64,000 bases of DNA from an uncultured Ktedonobacteraceae bacterium. GTDB lineage: Bacteria > Chloroflexota > Ktedonobacteria > Ktedonobacterales > Ktedonobacteraceae. Numbering within the stretch: position 1 is the stretch's first letter; each line of letters starts with the position of its first letter. The notes beneath the pieces are model-generated. The model was not told the origin of the DNA. It was given only the letters and a program-made list of their open reading frames with translations, and ran no database searches. The translations under genes were made by a program, and so were the position numbers. The stretch lies in NCBI GenBank assembly GCA_964250805.1, contig CAXUHG010000004.1:25730-89729 (forward strand), in the 5' to 3' direction. This document shows positions 53,297 through 63,180 of the stretch, one piece after another.

Positions 53297-54433
53297 ATGA
53301 AAGTACTTCCACGTATGCGGTGGAAACTGTTCGCTCTCGCTACGATTGTTGTCCTTCTAGTAGGCATGCTGTTCGCCTTCACCCAACAGCCTATCCATTC
53401 GGCACAGGCCACCTACGCGCACCGTGCCACAACCGCAGCAAGCACTCCCTACAAAGTCCTGTTCGACAATGCCCACGCGGAAACGGCGGGCAATGCCGAT
53501 TGGGTAATCAGTTCCAGCCAGCCCAATCCACTCAAGGAAAATCCTAATCCGCAGGTGGAGACCGACTGGACGGGTGGCATTAGTTCGTGGGGTGTGGCAC
53601 TGCAAAAAACTGGTCGCTATAGCCTAATGACCAACACCAGCACCATCACCTATGGCAACACCAGCAATCCGCTTGACCTGAGCAATTTTAACGCGTTCAT
53701 TCTCCCAGAACCGAACACGCTCTTCACATCAAGCGAAAAGACCGCGATACTCACGTTTGTCCACAACGGCGGCGGCCTGTTCATGGTTGCCGATCACAAT
53801 GGTAGCGACCGTAACAATGACGGTTACGACTCGCTGCATATCTTCAACGATCTGATGAACAACGGTGGCGTCGGCAACGATCCCTTCGGCATTCAATTTG
53901 ATGTTGCGGATATCGCGCACGATTATCCTGGCGTTGATACACCCAATTCCGACCCAATTTTACGGGGACCATTTGGAACGGGTACCACCAGTTTGATCGA
54001 TGCGGGCACTACCGAGACCATCAGCCCAACCGACAATCCCAACGTTGTAGGCGTCGTCTATACCACCGGCTCCTCTAACACTGGTACAACGGGCGTCTTC
54101 ATCTCGCGTAGCACCTATGGCTCTGGTCGCGTCGTTGCGACTGGCGATAGCTCCGCTATCGACGATGGTACCTGTGAGTCTGGTAACAAGTGCTACAACG
54201 GCTGGGGCGACTCAGGCGCACAAAATGGTGTGCTGTATCCCAATGCAACCGAGTGGCTTGCAAGCGGTGGCACAACAAGTCCAACGCCAACCGTCACCGC
54301 GACAACGACTACCACTGCGACGGTAACGGCTACCGCGACGACTGCACCCTCGCCCACAGCGACGGATGTACCACCTACTCCAACGCCAACGGACACTCCA
54401 ACTCCCACCTGTGATTGGTGGTGGTGTTTCTAA
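53297..54433 (+). CDS. Secreted protein with a T/P-rich linker and a C-terminal CDWWWCF tail
   Basis: The start is at the ATG at 53297 (SD GAAGGAG). Signal/TM LFALATIVVLLVGMLFAF, a globular domain, then TSPTPTVTATTTTTATVTATATTAPSPTATDVPPTPTPTDTPTPT-CDWWWCF. Confidence 0.6.
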   Translation: MKVLPRMRWKLFALATIVVLLVGMLFAFTQQPIHSAQATYAHRATTAASTPYKVLFDNAHAETAGNADWVISSSQPNPLKENPNPQVETDWTGGISSWGVALQKTGRYSLMTNTSTITYGNTSNPLDLSNFNAFILPEPNTLFTSSEKTAILTFVHNGGGLFMVADHNGSDRNNDGYDSLHIFNDLMNNGGVGNDPFGIQFDVADIAHDYPGVDTPNSDPILRGPFGTGTTSLIDAGTTETISPTDNPNVVGVVYTTGSSNTGTTGVFISRSTYGSGRVVATGDSSAIDDGTCESGNKCYNGWGDSGAQNGVLYPNATEWLASGGTTSPTPTVTATTTTTATVTATATTAPSPTATDVPPTPTPTDTPTPTCDWWWCF

Positions 54434-54442
54434 TTTGTAGAA

Positions 54443-54506
54443 AGTCATTCTGCAAACATTCCCCCCGCTGTTCGTGAACAGCGGGGGGAATGTTTGCAGA
54501 ATGACT
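54443..54506. terminator. Perfect 31-bp inverted repeat with a 2-nt spacer
   Basis: AGTCATTCTGCAAACATTCCCCCCGCTGTTC-gt-GAACAGCGGGGGGAATGTTTGCAGAATGACT. Confidence 0.6.
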
Positions 54507-54585
54507 CCTATCTCCACATTGCATGCTTGCTCAACCATGATATACTATGACGAAGAAAGAGCTTCTTAGTATTTGAGGGCATACA

Positions 54586-56403
54586 ATGCAAGAAACTGCG
54601 CCATATCTGGAATTTGACAAGCGGCTCACAAAGGTTGTGATTGCCCTTTGCACATCTTTACGCTTCCAGCAGGGTGCATTATATACGCATGAGCAGGAAG
54701 ACACCTTCTTTGTTCGTACCACCGCTGGTTTTTCGCCCCAACAGGAGAAATATCTTCAGCTCCATCCGCTGCCAACGCATATAATCACCTCGGTCCAACT
54801 CGATGCAGTACATAAGCATAATTTCTACATTCTGCCTCCTACCTCGTATGTATGGCAACAGCCCACATTTGCCGAGGGATTTTCGCAAGAGGGCAATGCG
54901 CGAGATGCAATTCTTGTTCCGTTGACGAGTGCCAAGCAGACGCCACTGGGCATGCTTCTTCTCTGTCGCCCTTATAGCGAATTGGAGCTAACCGACGAGG
55001 CATTGTTGTTCCTCGAAGTGTTCGCGGAGCAGGCGGCAATGGTCATCGAAGAGGAGCGGCTACATAAAGAGGCGCAACAGAACAACGAAGAGCGGAGCGC
55101 GTTGATAGAAATTAGCCGCGCCCTCTTCGCTCCCAACGCATTACGTGACCTGCAGAACGTATACCAGACTATTTATGAGCAAGTGTGCAAATTGATGCCC
55201 GTTGACGCTTTTTTTATTTCACGCTACAACTATCAAGATTCAACCATGACAATGGACTTCCTCATCGACGAAGGCGTCCCATACCCACCTTTTCCCTATG
55301 CTTCGATTCCCTTGTGGATTGACAAGCTTCTCTCCAAAGAAATGCGTACCTACGTCTTTGGGACGGCTGAAGAATACGATGCGTTCGCCAATCAAAACCG
55401 TCGTACTCCCGAACAGAAGAGAAGAGATGTATTCGGCAACAATCGCCCTTCACAATCGCTGCTGTTTGTGCCTATCTTCTACGACAATGAGCTGATTGGT
55501 GTCCTTTCTGCGCAAAGTTACCAGCGTCACGTCTATACACAACGACATTTAACGTTGCTCGAAGAGATTGGTATACAGGCTGGCATAGCCTTGAGCAACG
55601 CGCTTCTCTATGCGAAGCTAGGCGAGGCACTACAGGAGGCGCAGAAATCCGAACACCTCACAAACAACTTTCTCATGGTTGCCTCGCATGAGCTACGGAC
55701 TCCGCTAACCTCTGTGCAGGGCTACCTTGAATTGCTTACCACGTATGCAAAAACGCTTGATAACGAGACGAAACAGCATTTTGTAGACCTTGCAAGCCAC
55801 GCCTGTGAAGAACTAGTGTTGCTCCTCGGCAATGTCATGGACACTAGTCGTATTGATTATGAGCGTATGCACCTTCAAATCGAGCGTGTTTCTGTGCGTC
55901 ATGCTTTCCGACACATTGCGGAAATTCTTGAACCGGCGTTTTCGATGGAGAAACGTGCGCTACAGATGGACATTGACGAGCACTTGTATGTTCAGGCCGA
56001 CGACCTGCGTCTACGACAGATTCTGCTCAATCTGGTGGGAAATGCGCTCAAGTATGCTCCATTCTCGAACGTGGCAATCACAGCAACAAGTACAGAACGC
56101 ATCGTTGTCGAACAGCGTTTACGCCCAGCGCAATTAGTACTTCCAGTAACATCAACCGCGTCGCACTTCGTTCTACTAGGCGTGCGCGATTGGGGAACGG
56201 GCATTGCGCAAGAGAACATGAGTCGCCTCTTTACTAAATTTGGGCGTCTGGAAAGTGCCATAAACAGCATGCAACGCGGCGCGGGGCTTGGTCTATATCT
56301 CTGCCGACAACTGGCGGAGGCAATGCATGGACAAATATGGGTCGAGAGTTCGGGTATTGCGGGAGAGGGTACAACATTTTTCTTGGCACTACCATTGGGA
56401 TAA
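54586..56403 (+). CDS. GAF-domain sensor histidine kinase
   Basis: Two GAF-like regions, H-box MVASHELRTPLTSV, N-box LLNLVGNALKY, and G-boxes RDWGTGI and GAGLGLYLC. Confidence 0.85.
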   Translation: MQETAPYLEFDKRLTKVVIALCTSLRFQQGALYTHEQEDTFFVRTTAGFSPQQEKYLQLHPLPTHIITSVQLDAVHKHNFYILPPTSYVWQQPTFAEGFSQEGNARDAILVPLTSAKQTPLGMLLLCRPYSELELTDEALLFLEVFAEQAAMVIEEERLHKEAQQNNEERSALIEISRALFAPNALRDLQNVYQTIYEQVCKLMPVDAFFISRYNYQDSTMTMDFLIDEGVPYPPFPYASIPLWIDKLLSKEMRTYVFGTAEEYDAFANQNRRTPEQKRRDVFGNNRPSQSLLFVPIFYDNELIGVLSAQSYQRHVYTQRHLTLLEEIGIQAGIALSNALLYAKLGEALQEAQKSEHLTNNFLMVASHELRTPLTSVQGYLELLTTYAKTLDNETKQHFVDLASHACEELVLLLGNVMDTSRIDYERMHLQIERVSVRHAFRHIAEILEPAFSMEKRALQMDIDEHLYVQADDLRLRQILLNLVGNALKYAPFSNVAITATSTERIVVEQRLRPAQLVLPVTSTASHFVLLGVRDWGTGIAQENMSRLFTKFGRLESAINSMQRGAGLGLYLCRQLAEAMHGQIWVESSGIAGEGTTFFLALPLG

Positions 56404-56503
56404 ATTTTTACATTTTCCGTAATCTTTATTGACAATTGACGATAAGACAAGTACAATGGAGAGAGAAGAGATAAGAGTCATCTTGTAAATAGGAGGCATC
56501 TTC

Positions 56504-56830
56504 ATGGCCGTCATTCATACTGATCTTTATCGTCATGAAAACCTCGTCCGAAAATCGATCCAAATCCCCTCGACACAACATAAAGAGTTAAAGGCTCTAG
56601 CGGTTGAACTAGAATCATCGTTAGGAGATATCGTGGAGACAATTATGGAACTTATGCGGCAAGATAATTATCAGCAGCTCAAATCAGCAATTACTACGAA
56701 ACGTGAACAAGCTCTCTCATCCCTCAATTCCACGCTCGACGAAGCCTACGCCTATCTTAGCACAATCCCCGACACACTCGAAGAAGCCCAATACTTTTTT
56801 CATGCTGGTAACGAAGGTATGGTCGCGTAA
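56504..56830 (+). CDS. Putative ribbon-helix-helix antitoxin partner of MazF
   Basis: KSIQIPSTQHKELKALAVELESSLGDIVETIMELM has a strand-helix-helix pattern. The gene is located directly upstream of mazF. Confidence 0.5.
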   Translation: MAVIHTDLYRHENLVRKSIQIPSTQHKELKALAVELESSLGDIVETIMELMRQDNYQQLKSAITTKREQALSSLNSTLDEAYAYLSTIPDTLEEAQYFFHAGNEGMVA

Positions 56831-56844
56831 GGTATGAGGGTTGA

Positions 56845-57249
56845 ATGAGTAGTGAGGCCAGGCAGACACAGCCCAGCCATAGACAACATGAGGCACCAGC
56901 TAGCCCACGTCGCGGAGAGATCTGGGACGTGAACTGGTCCCCTGGTCGAGGTGCAGAGCAACAAGGCACTCGACCCGCTTTAATTATCCAGAATGATCGA
57001 GGGAACGCTTCACCTGCGTATCCCCTGACCATCGTCGCCTCTATGAGCCGTACCGAGCGCGAACTTCCCCTGCATGTGCGCATTGCTCCTACTGAGGAGA
57101 ACGGCTTGACCGACCGCACCGATGTCAAGTGTGAACAGGTCATGACTATTGAAAAGTCGCGTCTGCTACGTCGGCGTGGCTCCATCACTTCCGATGAACT
57201 CGCCAAAGTTGATACTGCCCTCAAACTCAGCCTCGATCTCCTCTCGTAG
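56845..57249 (+). CDS. mazF: PemK/MazF-family endoribonuclease toxin
   Basis: ...PRRGEIWDVNWSPGRGAEQQGTRPALIIQND..., ...EQVMTIEKSRL... Confidence 0.85.
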   Translation: MSSEARQTQPSHRQHEAPASPRRGEIWDVNWSPGRGAEQQGTRPALIIQNDRGNASPAYPLTIVASMSRTERELPLHVRIAPTEENGLTDRTDVKCEQVMTIEKSRLLRRRGSITSDELAKVDTALKLSLDLLS

Positions 57250-57275
57250 TACATAATCTTGATGTGGCAGTTTTT

Positions 57276-57410
57276 CGTAGGGACCAGATTTATCGCGTCC
57301 GCTGTTCAATTTATTGAGCGAGATCGTGATGAACCCTGTCTATAAGCTGTATCAAACACGATCTCGCGTGATAAATCACGCTCTCGGACGCGATAAATCT
57401 GGTCCCTACG
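57276..57410. repeat. REPIN-like element, long form
   Basis: Perfect 26-bp termini. The interior carries an 11-bp nested stem GCGAGATCGTG/CACGATCTCGC plus the TCAATTTATTGA and CGTGATAAATCACG sub-palindromes. Confidence 0.9.
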
Positions 57411-57429
57411 AAAATAGGTTGACTATGTA

Positions 57430-57453
57430 GTAGGAGTCTGATTTATCACACCC
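57430..57453 (+). repeat. Solo family-2 GTAG repeat
   Basis: GTAGGAGTCTGATTTATCACACCC, lying 20 nt downstream of the family-1 element. Confidence 0.7.
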
Positions 57454-57600
57454 TCCGTTCCCCCACGTATGTAGCGAACTAACCATTTGGTAAGTACATT
57501 TTTTGCTCCATGTATAATGAAACATAGATAGGATTTTACATATTTGTGGTAGAGATGGCAGGTGCTATCTCTATAGAAGGTAGTGGGGAGGGGTTTCCTC

Positions 57601-58404
57601 ATGGAGGAAAAACAAGAAACATGGTCTACCAGCATAAGCGTTGCTGAACAACCATATCCACGTGTTAGTGTCGTCATACCCGCACGCAATGAAGCCAAAA
57701 ATCTGAGTCATGTCCTACCATATATTCCATCAATCGTTCATGAGGTCGTGCTTGTAGATGGACAATCGGCTGACGATACAATAGAAGTTGCGCGACAACT
57801 ACTTCCAAATATTCGTGTTGTACATCAAACAGGCAAGGGCAAGGGCGATGCTTTACGAGCGGGGTTTGCAGCCTGTACGGGCGATATCGTTGTGATGCTC
57901 GATGCCGATGGGTCCGCGGACCCTACAGAGATACCGCGCTTCGTCGAGGCTCTCGTAGCGGGCAACGACTTCGCAAAGGGTTCACGCTTCATTCGTGGTG
58001 GTGGCAGCACAGATATTACGCTGCTGCGTCAGGCTGGTAACTATCTGCTCGGCATGCTGGTCAACGTATTATTCGCAACACGCTTCAGTGACCTCTGCTA
58101 CGGCTATAACGCCTTCTGGAAACGCTGTCTCGACGAAATCAACATCGACTGCGATGGCTTCGAGATAGAAACGTTGCTGAACCTGCGGATGCATAAAGCG
58201 AATTTCAAAATCGTCGAGGTGCCCAGTTTCGAGTACTCGCGCGTGTATGGTGAGAGCAACCTACGCACCTTCCGCGATGGCTGGCGTGTCCTTAAAACAA
58301 TTCTCAAAGAGCGTCGCGCATCGCTTCCTACGATACCGCCCCTTATAGAAAGCGATGAAGCTGTTCTGGTTTACACGAGTGTGAAGAAGAGGACGGTACG
58401 CTAA
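57601..58404 (+). CDS. Family 2 glycosyltransferase (dolichyl/polyprenyl-phosphate sugar synthase-like)
   Basis: VSVVIPARNEAKNL, VVMLDADGS, the ...GSRF... pattern. ATG at 57601 is preferred over the track start at 57583. Confidence 0.8.
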   Translation: MEEKQETWSTSISVAEQPYPRVSVVIPARNEAKNLSHVLPYIPSIVHEVVLVDGQSADDTIEVARQLLPNIRVVHQTGKGKGDALRAGFAACTGDIVVMLDADGSADPTEIPRFVEALVAGNDFAKGSRFIRGGGSTDITLLRQAGNYLLGMLVNVLFATRFSDLCYGYNAFWKRCLDEINIDCDGFEIETLLNLRMHKANFKIVEVPSFEYSRVYGESNLRTFRDGWRVLKTILKERRASLPTIPPLIESDEAVLVYTSVKKRTVR

Positions 58405-58405
58405 C

Positions 58406-59230
58406 ATGGAACCGATGGAAAAGAAGATACCGATTCTCATGTATCATAGTATTTCATGCAGCACAAACCCAAGCTTCGCGCAATTTACCGTTTCGCCTAC
58501 ACGCTTTGCGGAACAAATGGCATACTTGCATGAGTACGGCTACACTCCCGTTACTATAACACAATGGGTAGATGCGCTGGCAAGAAAAGCGATGCAGCCA
58601 CTTCCAGAGAAACTCGTCGTCCTGACGTTCGACGATGGCATGGCTGATTTTTACACAGACGCTTTACCCATCTTGACACGTTATGGATTTGGCGCAACGC
58701 TCTACATAGCGACATCTTTTGTCGGAGGTACATGCGGTTGGCTTCAGCGTGAGGGAGAAGCAACGCGCCCCATGCTCACATGGCGACAGATTGCAGAGAT
58801 ACAGGCATCGGGCATCGAATGTGGGAGTCACACGCACACGCACCCGCAACTCGACGTACTTCCATCGACAAAGGCACGGAACGAGATCGTCACCTGTAAG
58901 CGTGTACTGGAAGATACTCTTGGTCAACAGGTACAGAGTTTTGCATATCCCTATGGATACTACACACAGGCAACACAAAGACTTGTACAGGCTGCTGGTT
59001 ATACATCGGCTTGTGCGGTCAAACATAGCATGAATGCCGAAACCACGAATCTCTTCGCATTGACGCGACTTATGGTTAAAGCAACGACAAGCATCTCCAA
59101 TTTTGAGGCTCTTCTTACAGGAAAGAACTCATACAGTATGACACTCTTTACAACATATGCACGTATACGCACTCCCGTATGGCAATTGGTGCGACGCGGC
59201 TCTTCACTTGCAACGGGGAACAGAGGATAA
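58406..59230 (+). CDS. Polysaccharide deacetylase (NodB-like) family protein
   Basis: ...VVLTFDDGMADFY... and ...GSHTHTHP... metal/catalytic motifs. Confidence 0.8.
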   Translation: MEPMEKKIPILMYHSISCSTNPSFAQFTVSPTRFAEQMAYLHEYGYTPVTITQWVDALARKAMQPLPEKLVVLTFDDGMADFYTDALPILTRYGFGATLYIATSFVGGTCGWLQREGEATRPMLTWRQIAEIQASGIECGSHTHTHPQLDVLPSTKARNEIVTCKRVLEDTLGQQVQSFAYPYGYYTQATQRLVQAAGYTSACAVKHSMNAETTNLFALTRLMVKATTSISNFEALLTGKNSYSMTLFTTYARIRTPVWQLVRRGSSLATGNRG

Positions 59231-59297
59231 TTGAAGAGAGAACCAATGGGCGAATTGGGGTATATAGGCGTTCAGGTATAGTGGCAGGAGGAAGATA

Positions 59298-60251
59298 GTG
59301 GCGGTTCAGATAGCAGTAAATATTTCGGTTGTTATTTGTGCTTATACGGAGGCACGTTGGAGTAATCTTGTACAGGCGGTACAATCCATTCAGCAACAAC
59401 ATATGTCGCCGCGCGAAATCATCGTCGTCATCGACCACAATTCGGCATTATTTGAACGTGCTTGCGCTAACATCGAAGGCATCACCGTCATAGAGAACAC
59501 GGGTCCCAAAGGGATATCGGGGGCGCGTAGCACGGGCGTTGCAAAGGCAAAGGGGGCATTGATCGCCTGTCTCGACGATGATGCCATCGCCGATGCCGAC
59601 TGGCTAGAAAAACTTGGTGATTGTTGTACAGACCCGATGGTCATGGGAGCAGGAAGTAGTGTACAGCCACACTGGGAAAAGCAACGCCCACAATGGTTTC
59701 CTACAGAATTCTACTGGGTACTTGGCTGTTCCTATCAACCAACATTTGCTCAACCCGTAGAGGTACGCAACCTCTGGGCTGGCTGTATGTGTGTGCGCCG
59801 CGAAGTATTCGAGACCGTAGGAGCGTTCAGAAGCGACATTGGGCATGTCGGTAAACAGGTACTTGGAGGTGAGGAGACGGAACTGTGCATTCGTGCCAAG
59901 CAACACTGGCCCGATAAAAAGTTTCTCTACGAGTCACGCGTAAACATCCACCACTACATACCCACGCATCGCGCGACCTGGAAGTACTTCCTCTCGCGTT
60001 GCTATGCCGAAGGCTTCTCAAAGGCCATCATCTCTCGCTACGTCGGTGTACAAGATAGTCTCTCAACCGAGAGTTTATACACATTCACTATGCTACCGTT
60101 GGGAGTCATACGTGGCGTAGCAGATTGCTTGCTACGCCGCGATAGTACAGGTATACAACGAGCAGGTGCGATTGTTGCTGGCTTCACGACAACTGCCGTA
60201 GGCTATATTATGGGTACATTCTCTCGAACTCCTCAAGCACAAAACACTTAA
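59298..60251 (+). CDS. Family 2 glycosyltransferase
   Basis: GTG start with SD GGAGGAAG. ISVVICAYTEARW, the DDD motif in ACLDDDAIAD, and C-terminal amphipathic/TM helices. Confidence 0.8.
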   Translation: MAVQIAVNISVVICAYTEARWSNLVQAVQSIQQQHMSPREIIVVIDHNSALFERACANIEGITVIENTGPKGISGARSTGVAKAKGALIACLDDDAIADADWLEKLGDCCTDPMVMGAGSSVQPHWEKQRPQWFPTEFYWVLGCSYQPTFAQPVEVRNLWAGCMCVRREVFETVGAFRSDIGHVGKQVLGGEETELCIRAKQHWPDKKFLYESRVNIHHYIPTHRATWKYFLSRCYAEGFSKAIISRYVGVQDSLSTESLYTFTMLPLGVIRGVADCLLRRDSTGIQRAGAIVAGFTTTAVGYIMGTFSRTPQAQNT

Positions 60252-60323
60252 ATTTGTATTGCATGTTAAACTTTGATTTGTTACCTCTAGTAACAAATCA
60301 AAGTTGAACATGCAATACAAATT
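60251..60323. terminator. 34-bp inverted repeat (one mismatch) with a 5-nt loop
   Basis: AATTTGTATTGCATGTTAAACTTTGATTTGTTAC-ctcta-GTAACAAATCAAAGTTGAACATGCAATACAAATT. It begins at the last base of the stop codon. Confidence 0.6.
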
Positions 60324-60353
60324 TGTTGATATAGGAAGCGCAGTAACAGTATA

Positions 60354-61829
60354 GTGAATTCTCTTTTTCAGTGGCTAAAAACCAATAGCGTGATGCTCGT
60401 CAACGCTGGTTCATTGATTGGCACAACGGCGATAACATCGGGACTGGGATTTGTGTATTGGTGGATTGCAGCACGGCATTTTTCAACCGAGACAATAGGA
60501 ATCGCCTCTGCCTCTCTGTCGGCAATGATGCTACTGGGCAGTTTTTGCGTATTGGGACTGGGAACTCTGCTCATCACCGAGCTGCCACGACAACCAGGAC
60601 GGGAGGCATCGTTAATCAGTACAGCCCTGCTTGTAGTAGGAGGCATAGGTACTCTCATTGGCATTGCCTTCGCACTCACTAGTCCCTCCTTCATTGGAGG
60701 CTTCGGACCACTTCGTGCGAACGGCATGAACGTACTCATCTTTGGGTTAGGCGTCAGCCTTAATGGAGTTACGCTTGTACTGGACCAAGCTTTGATTGGC
60801 ATACTACGTGGGAGTCTACAACTGTGGCGCAACACGCTGTTCGCGCTGATCAAGTTGGTCACGCTCTTTTTTGTTGGTACGTGGCTATCGAGCAATCTTG
60901 GTGTCGCAATCTATGCAACGTGGGCTATTTCTAACATTCTTTCGATAGTAGTGCTAGTCATCCCGATTGTATTCAAAAAAGGTGCAACAATTCAGCAGTA
61001 TCTTCCACAATGGGGATTACTACGCAAACTAGGTGCGGCTGCAATTCAGCATCACCTGCTCAATCTCACACTTCAATTTCCGACGCAGGTGTTGCCAATC
61101 GTCGTTACCGCCTTACTCTCGGCCCAGATGAACGCTTGGTTCTATGTCTCGTGGATGCTGGTCAGCTTCGTATTTATCATTCCTGGGGCGTTAACCACCG
61201 TGCTACATGCGATGAACTCTGCGCAACCATCATCACTTGCGCATAAAGCGCGCGTCACGATAGGATTAGCGGTCCTCACAGGCGTTCTCACCAATATTGT
61301 CCTACAGTTTGGAGCTAAACAGGTGCTGAGTCTCTTCGGTGCCTCATACGCCGCCAATGCCGCATGGTGTCTACGCATACTCGCCCTCGCCGCCTTTCCG
61401 CTGATTATAAAAAATCACTATATCTCTATATGCCGTATTCAGGACCGCGTAGGGAGCGCAATTCTCAGCATCCTCCCCGGCGGTATTCTCGAAGTGCTTG
61501 CCGCCATATTAGGTGCTTACCTCGGTGGTCTATCGGGATTAAGTTTCGGCTGGGTGGCGGCTATTGCCGTCGAAGCGATATTCATGTTCCGCACAGTCTA
61601 CAGGGCAGTGTGGTCAAAAGAAACACTATCGGTGCAGGACGAATCCAGTTCACAGGAGATACAGGCTATCTGGCTAGTTGAGACGGTCTCGATGCCCAGT
61701 ATCGCACAAAGCTACCCTGGCGTAAGGATATTGCAACACGTCGAAAGCACCTCATCGTCGGGCATAAGCGCACTACATCCGCCCGACCCAATTCGGCTCA
61801 AACCACCGCGTCTAAAGAAGTACGCATGA
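60354..61829 (+). CDS. Polysaccharide/oligosaccharide flippase (Wzx/MOP-superfamily-like) membrane protein
   Basis: 491 aa with about 12-14 TM helices. It lies inside the GT cluster. Confidence 0.65.
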   Translation: MNSLFQWLKTNSVMLVNAGSLIGTTAITSGLGFVYWWIAARHFSTETIGIASASLSAMMLLGSFCVLGLGTLLITELPRQPGREASLISTALLVVGGIGTLIGIAFALTSPSFIGGFGPLRANGMNVLIFGLGVSLNGVTLVLDQALIGILRGSLQLWRNTLFALIKLVTLFFVGTWLSSNLGVAIYATWAISNILSIVVLVIPIVFKKGATIQQYLPQWGLLRKLGAAAIQHHLLNLTLQFPTQVLPIVVTALLSAQMNAWFYVSWMLVSFVFIIPGALTTVLHAMNSAQPSSLAHKARVTIGLAVLTGVLTNIVLQFGAKQVLSLFGASYAANAAWCLRILALAAFPLIIKNHYISICRIQDRVGSAILSILPGGILEVLAAILGAYLGGLSGLSFGWVAAIAVEAIFMFRTVYRAVWSKETLSVQDESSSQEIQAIWLVETVSMPSIAQSYPGVRILQHVESTSSSGISALHPPDPIRLKPPRLKKYA

Positions 61830-61831
61830 AG

Positions 61832-61901
61832 GTAGGGACCGATTTATCGCGTCCTGCTGGCGTCTCGATTGCCGACGAGGACGTGATAAATCGGTCCCTA
61901 C
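61832..61901. repeat. REPIN-like element, short form
   Basis: GTAGGGACCGATTTATCGCGTCC-24 nt-GGACGTGATAAATCGGTCCCTAC. It starts 3 nt after the flippase stop. Confidence 0.85.
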
Positions 61902-62013
61902 CAAAACCGTTATGAGGTACCAAAGTACCCTTTTTAGGAAAACACAAATTTTTTGCTATACTCACCTGGGGGATTCTTGAACCAATGTATGAAGATGGAA
62001 GGGGTAGATAGAA

Positions 62014-63180
62014 GTGATGGGAAACACAATACAGCCGCTGCGTGTACTCATGGTAACAGCACGCTATTTTCCATTTATGGGCGGCATCGAAACGCACGTC
62101 TACGAGGTCGGACGACGACTGGTACAACGTGGCGTCGATGTTACCATCGTCACCACAAGACCACGAGCAACTGCGACTCGCTCGGGGCTGCCAAGCGAAG
62201 AAATCATAGAAGGCATGCGTATTCTACGCGTCTCCTACTGGCCCGCAGAACATGACTACTATATCGCACCGGAAATACACACGCTTATCACGCGCGGCAA
62301 CTGGGACGTTGTGCATTGTCAGGGTAGTCATACTTTTGTGCCACCAATGGCAATGCTCGCCGCCAAACAAGCGGGTATTCCATATGTCGTCACCTTTCAC
62401 ACAGGCGGCAACTCCTCGCGCTTACGAACCGCCATCCGCGACATACAATGGACGCTTCAGCGCCCGCTTTATAGGGGTGCCGCAAAACTCATTGGCGTCT
62501 CACACTTCGAGGCCAACTACTTCCGTAGTCTGTTACGTCTCTCGCGTAAACGCTTCGTCGTCATACCAAATGGCGGAGCGACCTTTCCTGCGGTAACGCT
62601 CTCGCACTCGGATTCCAAGGACACACTCATCATTTCCCCTGGTCGCCTGGAACGCTACAAAGGACATCATAATCTCATCACCGCGCTGCCAGCAATTCGT
62701 GAGCAACGTCCAGATGCACGCCTGCTCATTCTCGGCACGGGTCCCTACGAGGACGCACTACGCAAATTGGCGCGGCGGACAAGCGTTAGCGATTATGTAG
62801 ATATTCGGTCGGTTCCTGCTACCGACCGTCGCGGCATGGCGGAGACTCTTTCGAGCGCAACAGTTGTGGCTCTATTAAGCGAGTATGAAGCACATCCAGT
62901 AGCTGTGATGGAGGCTCTCACGTTACGGCGTCCCGTTGTCGTCGCCGCTACGTCTGGCCTTCATGAAATCGCCCAGCAAGGTCTGGCGCGTGAAATTCCA
63001 TTGAAGAGTACGCCACGTGAGGTGGCAAACGCCATTCTGCACCAGATCGAGGAGCCACTTACTCTCCCATCTCATTTCACATTACCAACGTGGGACGAGT
63101 GTGCGGAACAGGTTGAAGCTGTCTATAGAGCATGCGTAAAAAGCTTGGAGAGGGAAAGGGAGGACGTATGCGTATCTTAA
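62014..63180 (+). CDS. Family 4 (GT-B, group 1) glycosyltransferase
   Basis: LRVLMVTARYFPFMGGIETHVYEVGRRL at the N-terminus and ...SEYEAHPVAVMEAL... (E-x7-E region) at the C-terminus. Confidence 0.8.
   Translation: MMGNTIQPLRVLMVTARYFPFMGGIETHVYEVGRRLVQRGVDVTIVTTRPRATATRSGLPSEEIIEGMRILRVSYWPAEHDYYIAPEIHTLITRGNWDVVHCQGSHTFVPPMAMLAAKQAGIPYVVTFHTGGNSSRLRTAIRDIQWTLQRPLYRGAAKLIGVSHFEANYFRSLLRLSRKRFVVIPNGGATFPAVTLSHSDSKDTLIISPGRLERYKGHHNLITALPAIREQRPDARLLILGTGPYEDALRKLARRTSVSDYVDIRSVPATDRRGMAETLSSATVVALLSEYEAHPVAVMEALTLRRPVVVAATSGLHEIAQQGLAREIPLKSTPREVANAILHQIEEPLTLPSHFTLPTWDECAEQVEAVYRACVKSLEREREDVCVS

Noticed and set aside
54193-54538. ORFs antisense to or overlapping the T/P-rich linker (VGVGV- and RRGS-type peptides)
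   Set aside because: They are a low-complexity reflection of the ACC/CCA-rich linker coding sequence of the 53297-54433 gene.
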